From positions 96,001 through 160,000 of IMG/VR virus record IMGVR_UViG_3300045988_144812: a stretch of 64,000 nucleotides of DNA. One strand, given 5' to 3'. Shown here one piece after another: positions 47,394 through 55,581 of the stretch; positions within the stretch are counted from its first letter, which is position 1, and every line of letters begins with the position of its first letter. Position numbers and translations under genes: made by a program. Origin of the DNA: a virus. Under the pieces are notes generated by a model. That model did no database searches, was not told where the DNA came from, and saw only the letters and a list, made by a program, of their open reading frames with translations.

Positions 47394-47422
47394 TATTTTA
47401 TTTTGATCAAAAGGATAAACAA

Positions 47423-47851
47423 ATGTCTGATGACAAAAAACAAAGCCAAGAGGCTAAAGAACAACCTAAAAAAGCTTATGAAGGTGGCGAAATTGTTTAC
47501 TGGCTCAAAGGTGAAATCTCTCCAGATGATTCTCCATTGATTCGTAATGCCAAACGTGTATTCAACGAAAAAACTTTGAAACATGTAGAAGACGATGCTA
47601 CTGCAGTGGTTAACATTAAGCTTGCTATGCTTGCTGGTAAACCTGCTGACCCTGTAGCTAAAGAAGGTAAAGAAGAACATCGTCGTATTGATGATGGTGC
47701 GGTAGATGATTCTGGTCGTTTCGTTCCTCCTGTAGCTACTCCTACTGGCCCTGGTAACGAAGGTGAACGTGCAAACACACCTGAGCGTACCCCATCTGGT
47801 AAGCCAGTTAAACCTAAAGACGCTAAACCTGAAGGTGCTGCAGAAGCCTGA
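47423..47851 (+). CDS. abundant-type, largely disordered Lys/Glu/Pro-rich protein
   Basis: 142-aa ORF with RBS aaaaggataaacaaATG. CGT/GGT/CTG-biased codons and a low-complexity tail PPVATPTGPGNEGERANTPERTPSGKPVKPKDAKPEGAAEA. Confidence 0.75.
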   Translation: MSDDKKQSQEAKEQPKKAYEGGEIVYWLKGEISPDDSPLIRNAKRVFNEKTLKHVEDDATAVVNIKLAMLAGKPADPVAKEGKEEHRRIDDGAVDDSGRFVPPVATPTGPGNEGERANTPERTPSGKPVKPKDAKPEGAAEA

Positions 47852-47897
47852 AGGGACCTTCAGTCGGGTGGACCGTCTGACGCCTAACGGACTAAAC

Positions 47898-47930
47898 TTA
47901 CACTCTACTCCTTATTGGGGTAGAGTGTAA
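47898..47930 (+). terminator. hairpin terminator (CTCTAC family)
   Basis: ttacactctactcc-ttatt-ggggtagagtgtaa. Weak T tract. Confidence 0.6.
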
Positions 47931-47983
47931 AATTATCTATGTCCTGCCTATTTTTTGAAAATACAAATATAGGAACGACCCAA

Positions 47984-50194
47984 ATGGACAACATACGTTC
48001 TAAGAACCCTAACGATATATCTGGAATTAATGTAAATCAATACGACCTTAAAGAAAATGTATTCGTATTAAATGCTAATGAATACACCAGGAAGTTAAAT
48101 CCAGTAGTCGATTATGTTGAACAACAAGCAAAATTTCTATCGGTTATGGAAGAGATTCCTTACGAAGATGCCAGAAGTTTTGTAGCGGAAAATATTAAAC
48201 CAGATGGTTTATTTCCGATTAAAAATCCTAAGATACATTGTGTTCGTAAAGATGAAAATGGCGATCGGTACGAAGATGTAGACAGTACTTTGTTACAGTA
48301 CTTAAAAGAAACATTTGTTAGTGAAGACATCATGGCTGCTACGTTTACAACGTTTATGCCACACAAACGTAAGATGTCTTACATTTCTCAATACGTGGAA
48401 GAAGCATTTCCTAAACGTAAAGCTTTAAAGAAACGACAGTTTCAAATGAAGCAGATGGGTAACTCAGTAGGTGAAGCATTTGCCAATAATGGTCAGAATA
48501 ACATTAAGCGTTCTATTAACTCCATTTCTGGAGCCTCATCATTACCATCAACACCTATCTATTGTATCTCGATGCATCCTGTATTGACTTCTAACTGTAG
48601 GATGACTTCTGGATATGCTAATGCAAATAATGAAAAACTGTTAGGTGGTAATCGACATTATCATTCAGCAGATGTTACGATCAATAATCTAGTAGCACTA
48701 ACGACCAATATTGATTTGGAACAAGTAAAAGCAGTTATTGATAAATATAATCTTCATGTCCCTAATTCAGAAGAGTTGTTCGAGTACATTTTAGAAAGTA
48801 CGCGTAACTATTGGAGGTGGCCAGAGAAAGAACAAATCATTAGAGAGTTTATTACCAAATGTACTCGTGAAGAAAGAGCTTGCATTGCTTACATTTACGA
48901 CTTACATGCAATGAAACGATTTAATGAAGAATTCATGTATTCTTTTATTGGTAAGCTTTCAGAAAAAGTAGATCCGATTCCTGGATTAGATCTTGAAGAA
49001 GCTGGACGTATTTTTAACAGTGCTTTAGATGAAATTAAGATTCACGCCATTCAAGTACACTCTGATAAAGTTATTGGTGAGCGAGAATCTGAATATGTTA
49101 AGACAGATACAGTGATTACAATGGCTTCACAAGTCATTAATACTTATCATGTTTTCCAAGAATATAAAGATTACATTCAGACATTCTTAAGATCTCGTCA
49201 TTTACCATCTTCATTAGCTATGCTTCCTGCTATTTTACGTAAAGTAGTATTGATGTCAGATACTGACTCGTCTATCTTTACAACAGAAGCTTGGACAAAA
49301 TGGTACACTAATAAGTCTAGAGGTTATAAAGATAAACAATTATCTACAGGTGTGTATTCAGCCATGGTAATGTTGTCTTCATTAACTTTAAAACATTTAT
49401 TAGCCACGATGTCTGCAAACCTAGGTGTACCTGAAAAGTATATCTGGGGTATTGCGATGAAAAATGAATTTAACTTTGTTATTTTCGTTAATTTAAATCG
49501 TACCAAACATTATATCGCTACAATCGCTATTCAAGAAGGTAATGTTTATTCTGAATTAGATATTGAGAAAAAAGGTGTCCATATGAGGAATTCAAATAGT
49601 CCTCAAGACATCATCAAACATGCTGAAAAGATTATGGAAAAACTATATAATTTCCATAGCGATGAAAAGATTAAAGTATTGGATGTTTTAAAAGAAGTAG
49701 CAGATGCTGAAAGGAAAATTATTCATTCCCTAGAGAAAGGTGAACCGATTTATTATCGCTCTACCCAGATCAAAGAAAAAGAATCGTATAAGAAAGAAGA
49801 AGATGCTTCTCCTTTTGCTAATTATACATTCTGGAATGAGACTTTTGGTAAACACTATGGCATGACCGATCCTCCGCCATATTCTTCTTTCAATGTTAAG
49901 TTAGACATCAATAACAAAACAGAAATGGTACAGTGGTTAGATTCTTTTGAAAATAAAGAACTGGCGAATGATATTCGTGAGAATCTTAAGAAGAGAAAGA
50001 AAGATTATTTAGGTACAATTAACGTACCTTATGCAGTCTTTACATCACAACCTATTCCAAAAGAAATCATTCCTGTTGTGGCTAAACGCGATATTGTGAT
50101 TAACTTGTGTGCGCCTTATTATATTGCGTTAGAGGCAGTAGGATTCTTCTTCTTTGATAAATTTAATAGTAAGTTAATTTCTGATTACTATTAA
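47984..50194 (+). CDS. family-B-like DNA polymerase, polymerase (palm/fingers/thumb) domain only
   Basis: Motif-B-like GQNNIKRSINSISGA (RQxxxKxxxNSxYG), motif-C-like VLMSDTDSSIFT (YGDTDS) and a possible degenerate motif A, TFTTFMPH. No exonuclease motifs. Start chosen at ATG 47984 (taggaacgacccaaATG); the track start at 47939 is possible. Confidence 0.5.
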   Translation: MDNIRSKNPNDISGINVNQYDLKENVFVLNANEYTRKLNPVVDYVEQQAKFLSVMEEIPYEDARSFVAENIKPDGLFPIKNPKIHCVRKDENGDRYEDVDSTLLQYLKETFVSEDIMAATFTTFMPHKRKMSYISQYVEEAFPKRKALKKRQFQMKQMGNSVGEAFANNGQNNIKRSINSISGASSLPSTPIYCISMHPVLTSNCRMTSGYANANNEKLLGGNRHYHSADVTINNLVALTTNIDLEQVKAVIDKYNLHVPNSEELFEYILESTRNYWRWPEKEQIIREFITKCTREERACIAYIYDLHAMKRFNEEFMYSFIGKLSEKVDPIPGLDLEEAGRIFNSALDEIKIHAIQVHSDKVIGERESEYVKTDTVITMASQVINTYHVFQEYKDYIQTFLRSRHLPSSLAMLPAILRKVVLMSDTDSSIFTTEAWTKWYTNKSRGYKDKQLSTGVYSAMVMLSSLTLKHLLATMSANLGVPEKYIWGIAMKNEFNFVIFVNLNRTKHYIATIAIQEGNVYSELDIEKKGVHMRNSNSPQDIIKHAEKIMEKLYNFHSDEKIKVLDVLKEVADAERKIIHSLEKGEPIYYRSTQIKEKESYKKEEDASPFANYTFWNETFGKHYGMTDPPPYSSFNVKLDINNKTEMVQWLDSFENKELANDIRENLKKRKKDYLGTINVPYAVFTSQPIPKEIIPVVAKRDIVINLCAPYYIALEAVGFFFFDKFNSKLISDYY

Positions 50195-50231
50195 TTCTAT
50201 AACCCTAACCTAAACTTAAAGGAAATAAAAA

Positions 50232-50504
50232 ATGTCTGATATCGTATTTTTGACTAAAGACGATTTGAAAGCACTGGTAGTGAAAGAATACTATCATCGC
50301 ATTCCAGATTCAACAGTGACTGTTTGTGCAATCACTTTGAAAAATGGTTTTGTAGTAGTCGGTGATTCTGCTTGTATCGATCCTCGTAAATTTGACGAAG
50401 AGATCGGTCGTCAAGTTGCTTTCGATGACGCTATTGAAAAAGTATGGGAACTGGAAGGTTACCGTATGAAATCAGAAGGTTTGTTCAATCAAGAACAACA
50501 ATAA
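50232..50504 (+). CDS. N4 gp49 / Sf6 gp66-family small phage protein
   Basis: 90 aa. TVCAITLKNGFVVVGDSACIDPRKFDEEIGRQVAFDDAIEKVWELEGY matches the family signature as I recall it. Confidence 0.6.
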   Translation: MSDIVFLTKDDLKALVVKEYYHRIPDSTVTVCAITLKNGFVVVGDSACIDPRKFDEEIGRQVAFDDAIEKVWELEGYRMKSEGLFNQEQQ

Positions 50505-50511
50505 GTAATAT

Positions 50512-50545
50512 ATACTCCTCTACCCTTATTTGGGTAGAGGAGTAT
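50512..50545. terminator. bidirectional terminator (CTCTAC family)
   Basis: atactcctctaccc-ttattt-gggtagaggagtat followed by tctttttt. Confidence 0.8.
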
Positions 50546-50551
50546 TCTTTT

Positions 50552-51640
50552 TTACAAATTAAATAACCAAGCTATTTCTTTTTCGTATAGAGGTTTTAGA
50601 TCAGAGATTCGATAATCATCAAATACCTTACCACCTTTTAAACTTAACAATTCGTACTTCAATCGATTAACATAGCCTTTATTGACATACATGTATGGTT
50701 GCGCTGGAGTATTTAAACAATGTCTTAAGAAACGGGACATTGCTAATACATAAACCCATTTGTTTTGTCTATTCAAGAGAATAGGAGGATTATCCATAAA
50801 TGTAATTGCTCTAACATCGCCAATACCGTGAATGTTTTGGCATATTTTAGCAATATTGAAATTACCACCTCTAGCTCTAGAAAAGATTTCCTTAATATCT
50901 TGATCAAGTTCTGTAGAAGAAGTATTAACGTAGAAAGAAGTACCAACATAATCAATAGTTGGTGAAATACTATCATCTGTTAACATGCAGTTTTTATTAA
51001 TAATAACTTGATTCAAATGGGAAGGAAGCATATTAGGTAGAACAACCATGCCTAAGAAATAACCAATGGCAGGAACTTTATGTTCAGGGTTAACTACTTT
51101 AATTCGTTTATGGTGAATACGCCAAGCTAAGTATTGCATTACCAATAAATTGATGTCAATCTGAATAATTGCAAATCCTGGTTTATCAACATAATTCTTA
51201 ATTGTCATTAAGTTATAAGAGATATGGGTTTGGTCATGACGTAATACAATAACAGGACTTAGTTCTTGCCATTCTTTTTTAACATATTCCCAATCCCATC
51301 TATTTTCTACTATGGAAATAACTTCAGTAGTATTAGGACCATAAAAGTTACCATAGTGCAAACGACCCACACTACGATAAGAAGTAAAGCCTAAAGCATT
51401 GGCTTTAGTAAAAACAGTATTATTAACATACTGTTCAATATATTCGTCAGGGATATTTTCCCCAATATCCAAGTGATGTAAAACACGATATAGAATGTGC
51501 TGACCAGCTACGTAATAATAATTGTTACGATACCAGTTAATGGCTCGTTTTAATCTGTTATCGATAACCCTGTTTGCAAACTTAAGATGCCAGGTTTCTT
51601 CTTTACGTATCCGGTTCGTGATACCAACAATATTAAACAT
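50552..51640 (-). CDS. hypothetical protein
   Basis: 362-aa ORF with RBS aaaagagttcagctaATG. Confidence 0.7.
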   Translation of the reverse strand: MFNIVGITNRIRKEETWHLKFANRVIDNRLKRAINWYRNNYYYVAGQHILYRVLHHLDIGENIPDEYIEQYVNNTVFTKANALGFTSYRSVGRLHYGNFYGPNTTEVISIVENRWDWEYVKKEWQELSPVIVLRHDQTHISYNLMTIKNYVDKPGFAIIQIDINLLVMQYLAWRIHHKRIKVVNPEHKVPAIGYFLGMVVLPNMLPSHLNQVIINKNCMLTDDSISPTIDYVGTSFYVNTSSTELDQDIKEIFSRARGGNFNIAKICQNIHGIGDVRAITFMDNPPILLNRQNKWVYVLAMSRFLRHCLNTPAQPYMYVNKGYVNRLKYELLSLKGGKVFDDYRISDLKPLYEKEIAWLFNL

Positions 51641-51749
51641 TAGCTGAACTCTTTTTAATATAATAAAATTTTTAAGTAATAGACGGTCATATGAAGATTT
51701 ACGTATAATGAACTTAAAATTTCGTTATGAGTAATTTTCTACACTACTA

Positions 51750-51771
51750 CCTTATATATGATAGATTAAAC
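51750..51771 (-). promoter_or_regulatory. class-I-like box on the minus strand
   Basis: Minus strand reads gtttaatctatcatatataagg, upstream of ATG 51640. Confidence 0.3.
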
Positions 51772-51862
51772 TACTGACTCTAACTGGGTCAGTATAGGGA
51801 GATATATTATCTCATTTCAAATAACCGGACATTTTGATATAGTGTTTTAATTGTTTTAAAAA

Positions 51863-51890
51863 ATATTTAACTCTATATTATTAATGTGTA
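51863..51890 (+). promoter_or_regulatory. class-I promoter-like box (variant) upstream of the chimallin-like gene
   Basis: atatttaactctatattattaatgtgta, 96 nt before ATG 51986. Confidence 0.45.
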
Positions 51891-51934
51891 ATAGGGAATG
51901 GAAAGTAATCTAATCAACGTTACTTTACGACTTA

Positions 51935-51956
51935 TTACAATTAACGTTAATTGTAA
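51935..51956. repeat. perfect 22-bp palindrome in the leader of the chimallin-like gene
   Basis: ttacaattaacgttaattgtaa. Sits between the promoter-like box (51863-51890) and ATG 51986. Confidence 0.9.
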
Positions 51957-51985
51957 AACAACCCTTCTTTTAAAGGAAATTAATT

Positions 51986-53899
51986 ATGGGTATCGAAATC
52001 GATAACAAAAACTTGGGCAATGCCCGTCCATTCACTTTCACTGGTAACGGTGGTTTCGCTGGTTTCAACGTCATCAACAATGACTTGATGAGTTTCGAGA
52101 AAACTCTGAAAGAAGTCATCGAATCTCGTTTCACTGTAAACGGTATCGACATTGGTATTATTCCACTCGACCGTAAAAACCATCGTCTGCTTCCACTGGA
52201 CGTAATGCTGATTACTGTTCGTGATGAAAATGATTCCGAAAAATCTAAAAACCTGCGTGGTGTTTATGCTGTAGCTATCTGTAAATCTACAGACACTCTG
52301 CGTGAACAACAAGTGGATCTGGGTGGTCGTAAATTCAGCATCGACATCTTGCCTAGCCAAATGTTCAATGCGCCTGAACTGATCAACTTGTTTGTTACTG
52401 TCGTAAAAGACAAGTACAAAGAAGATACTGTATACTGCGGTGGTTCTACTTTGTTCGTAGACGAAGTAAATCTGAAAGACCAAAGCATCGTACTGCGTTC
52501 TTTGATCAACTACCTGATGGCATGTGTTACTGGTGCGAGCTATGAGAAAAATCGTCGTGATCGCAAACTGAGCGACATGAACTTTGCAGACCATGATTCA
52601 TCCGAGATCCTGTATTGCGAACGCAAACTGAATACGGCTCCAGTATTTGATGAAGCAAACCAACCTATCCGTGCTGACTTCATCCACACCGTAACTGGTC
52701 GTGTAGAAAACAACAATGCCTCTACTTCATTCCTGGGTGATGGCGGTGTTGCTCGTGAAGTATCTAGCGTGACTGGCTATATCGACATCTTGCCGGTATC
52801 TCCTAATGCAAATGCTAATGTAAGCAACATGTGCCCATGGTCTTCCACAGGCTTTGCTTATGGTCAAGCTGGTTCAGTAACTGGTCAACAAACTCCAGCA
52901 GAAGCAACTCGTACTTACGTAACTAACGTGGTATTTACTTCTATTAACCCTGCTGAATACCAAACCATGGGTAACATCCTGTTCGGTCTGGTAGCTGGTG
53001 TGGTTGCTTCTTGGGACAACTACTGGTGGGTAATGACTGCGCTGAATCCAAAACAACAAGCGCCTAATAGCCTGCACTCTGTAGCTGGTTTGGGTTACGA
53101 CATTTCTCAAATGTTGCGTCTGCCTAAATTTGAACCAATCCCTGTTGACAGCCCTGAATTTAACGATGCGGCATGGATCAGTGTATTGAACACTTACTTC
53201 CGTCCAGATGTAGTATTCTCTCTGGAAGTTGGTCTGGGTTCTGCTGGCGAATGGAAATACAACGCCATTCTGCAAGCTGCTATCGAGTCTTATGAAGATG
53301 CTGTGAAACCAGGTTCCTTCAACGGCTTCCTGATTGATTTGGCTACTTTGTTGACCAATGGTGTATTTACTGCAGAATACCAAAAACTGGGTGGTGATGG
53401 TCGTGTGGTAACTACTTTGCGTGATCGTCAAACTCTGGTAGGTTCTTACTACAATGACACCCTGAAAACTATTCGTTCTGTTCAAGACTTCGACCGTCGT
53501 CTGTTGCTGAACCAAATCAACGGTTCTGTAGAAAACATGGCGATTATCGCTGACTGGAACTACGCTTCTGTAGATCCATCTTTGAACACTCTGCAACGTT
53601 TGGGTATCCAACAAGACATCATCAAACGTCAAGCACCTTCTGCTAAAGTCACTGGCTATGGTGTACGTGTTGACTTTGATTCTCGTTTTGTACGTGCTCT
53701 GGTAAATTCAATGCGTATTGCTGGTCTGGTCCTGATTAACAGCAATACTGTTACTCCAGTTAACCAAGTACAATTTGCTACCCACATTAACAATGCATTG
53801 GTCAGCAATATCGATGGTCACTTGAGCTATGGTCGTACAACTACTGGTACCAGTGGTATGGGTGCGTTTAACTTCAGTCAACATCGCCCACACTACTAA
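51986..53899 (+). CDS. putative phage-nucleus shell protein (chimallin/ChmA-like); alternative: another very abundant protein
   Basis: 637 aa with the strongest codon bias in the window (it leaves >200-aa stop-free antisense frames). Has its own 345-nt leader with a promoter-like box and its own strong terminator. It directly precedes the beta-prime-N RNAP subunit, as phiKZ gp54 precedes gp55. Called from synteny, size and expression signature, not from sequence identity. Confidence 0.5.
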   Translation: MGIEIDNKNLGNARPFTFTGNGGFAGFNVINNDLMSFEKTLKEVIESRFTVNGIDIGIIPLDRKNHRLLPLDVMLITVRDENDSEKSKNLRGVYAVAICKSTDTLREQQVDLGGRKFSIDILPSQMFNAPELINLFVTVVKDKYKEDTVYCGGSTLFVDEVNLKDQSIVLRSLINYLMACVTGASYEKNRRDRKLSDMNFADHDSSEILYCERKLNTAPVFDEANQPIRADFIHTVTGRVENNNASTSFLGDGGVAREVSSVTGYIDILPVSPNANANVSNMCPWSSTGFAYGQAGSVTGQQTPAEATRTYVTNVVFTSINPAEYQTMGNILFGLVAGVVASWDNYWWVMTALNPKQQAPNSLHSVAGLGYDISQMLRLPKFEPIPVDSPEFNDAAWISVLNTYFRPDVVFSLEVGLGSAGEWKYNAILQAAIESYEDAVKPGSFNGFLIDLATLLTNGVFTAEYQKLGGDGRVVTTLRDRQTLVGSYYNDTLKTIRSVQDFDRRLLLNQINGSVENMAIIADWNYASVDPSLNTLQRLGIQQDIIKRQAPSAKVTGYGVRVDFDSRFVRALVNSMRIAGLVLINSNTVTPVNQVQFATHINNALVSNIDGHLSYGRTTTGTSGMGAFNFSQHRPHY

Positions 53900-53924
53900 T
53901 CCTAATGTAGTTCGGTAATACTAA

Positions 53925-53952
53925 TCCCTGACTCTTTAACTAGAGTCAGGGG
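53925..53952 (+). terminator. terminator after the chimallin-like gene
   Basis: tccctgactct-ttaact-agagtcagggg followed by ttttgtatt. Confidence 0.8.
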
Positions 53953-54048
53953 TTTTGTATTATGTTCATCTAAATTTATTTTTTAGAAGTCAAATATTTT
54001 TTGATGATCTATTTTTGAACGAACTAACTACATGAGGAATGTTTATAA

Positions 54049-55557
54049 ATGGGAACTTACTTACAATACGTGAATAGCGATGAGATTTATAACAATACAA
54101 CTTGTGCTAAGATTATTGTTAATGATCTTCCAAATCGCTCCCAGAAAGACAAAGCAACTATCAATAGTTTATTGATGTTGGAAGTAGGTGAGGTTTTTGA
54201 TAACGTACCACGATGTTCTTGTGGTGCATTATCCATGAAAATGTATAAAGGTGTGCGATGTAAGAAATGCGATACAGTTGTAGAAGAGATTGTGACCAAT
54301 AATCTAGATGATAAGATTTGGGTAAGAGCACCAGAAGGCGTTCCTGCTTTAATGAATATTAAAATCTGGTATCAGTTACAAACTTATTTACAGCGTTCAT
54401 CTTTTAAGTTTAATTTGTTACAATGGCTTACTGATCCTGATTATAAGCCAAAACTAACAAAGATGTCAGCACCTATTAGAAAGGCATTACAGAAATTAGA
54501 TGAACATGGTTTAAACGTAAGAAGTTATCAGTTCTTCTACGATAACTTTGATCGTTACATGGAATTCTTATTACTGAATCCAGAATTCAATACACGGGCA
54601 TTAGAACGAGGTCCAGAGCTTTATCGCTTAATCATGGAGAATCGTAAAGATGTATGGGTACAGTATGTACAAATACCTAACCGTGCATTGACGATTATTG
54701 AGAAGTCTAATGGTAAACAATGGGTAGATGCATCAACACCTAAACTATTAAAAGCAGTACGAAGAATGGTGGGTATTGATAATGATGAGAATTTAAGAAG
54801 CAAAACGTCAGCAAAAACAAAGCAGTCAAGAACTTCGAAATTCTTATCTGAGATGGCTGAGTATTATGGTAAAGAAATTGACCCTAATTACTTAAGTAAG
54901 AAATATGGTTTATTCCGTAAACATATCGATGCCACACGATCCCACTTTTCTGCTCGTTTTGTAGTGACGGCTATTACCGAACCACATCGTTTTGATGAAG
55001 TATGGTTACCATGGGTAGGTGCAATGTCATTACTTGGACCACATATCCGATCTAAGCTTTATAAGAAAGGATATTCTTCGAATAAAGTAATGGCGATCAT
55101 GACTAAGTACCAAATGGTTTATAATGAAGAAATTCACAAAATCATGACGGAACTTATTGATGAATCCAGAGCACCTTGTGGTGAAAAAGGTATTCCGATT
55201 TTACTTAACCGTAACCCAACATTAAAACATGGTTCTATTGTTTTATTGAGAGTCACTCGGATTAAGACAGATCCTAGAGATATGTCAGCATCCACATCTG
55301 GTCCTATTGCTCCGTTGTATAATGGTGATTTCGATGGCGACACAGAGAATTTCTTATTGTTATTGGATAATATTACGGCACGTGCATTACAGCCATTTGA
55401 GCCTAAATACTCCGTAAACAATTTGATTGAGCCTTATATGGCCGATGGCGTAACTTCATTACCTAAACCCACAACCATGTCTATTGCGGTAGCCATGACC
55501 AAAGAACAAAATCCTACAAAAGAACAGTTAGATTTCATGTCTCAGTTTGTAGCGTAG
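54049..55557 (+). CDS. multisubunit RNA polymerase beta-prime subunit, N-terminal half (split; phiKZ gp55-like nvRNAP subunit)
   Basis: Zinc ribbon CSCG...x13...CKKC, NRNPTLKHGS (E. coli NRAPTLHRLG) and catalytic NGDFDGD (NADFDGD). The ORF stops about 70 aa after the Mg site. Confidence 0.85.
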   Translation: MGTYLQYVNSDEIYNNTTCAKIIVNDLPNRSQKDKATINSLLMLEVGEVFDNVPRCSCGALSMKMYKGVRCKKCDTVVEEIVTNNLDDKIWVRAPEGVPALMNIKIWYQLQTYLQRSSFKFNLLQWLTDPDYKPKLTKMSAPIRKALQKLDEHGLNVRSYQFFYDNFDRYMEFLLLNPEFNTRALERGPELYRLIMENRKDVWVQYVQIPNRALTIIEKSNGKQWVDASTPKLLKAVRRMVGIDNDENLRSKTSAKTKQSRTSKFLSEMAEYYGKEIDPNYLSKKYGLFRKHIDATRSHFSARFVVTAITEPHRFDEVWLPWVGAMSLLGPHIRSKLYKKGYSSNKVMAIMTKYQMVYNEEIHKIMTELIDESRAPCGEKGIPILLNRNPTLKHGSIVLLRVTRIKTDPRDMSASTSGPIAPLYNGDFDGDTENFLLLLDNITARALQPFEPKYSVNNLIEPYMADGVTSLPKPTTMSIAVAMTKEQNPTKEQLDFMSQFVA

Positions 55558-55581
55558 GACTAAACGTCGAAAGGAAGTTTT

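Noticed and set aside
47393-47778. Minus-strand ORFs 47393..47680 and 47497..47778.
   Set aside because: They are antisense shadows of the codon-biased 47423..47851 gene.
51980-53893. Minus-strand ORFs 51980..52594, 52264..52509, 52874..53632 and 53708..53893 opposite the chimallin-like gene.
   Set aside because: Same shadow-ORF effect. There is no RBS, the composition is odd, and they are fully covered by a strongly codon-biased plus-strand gene.
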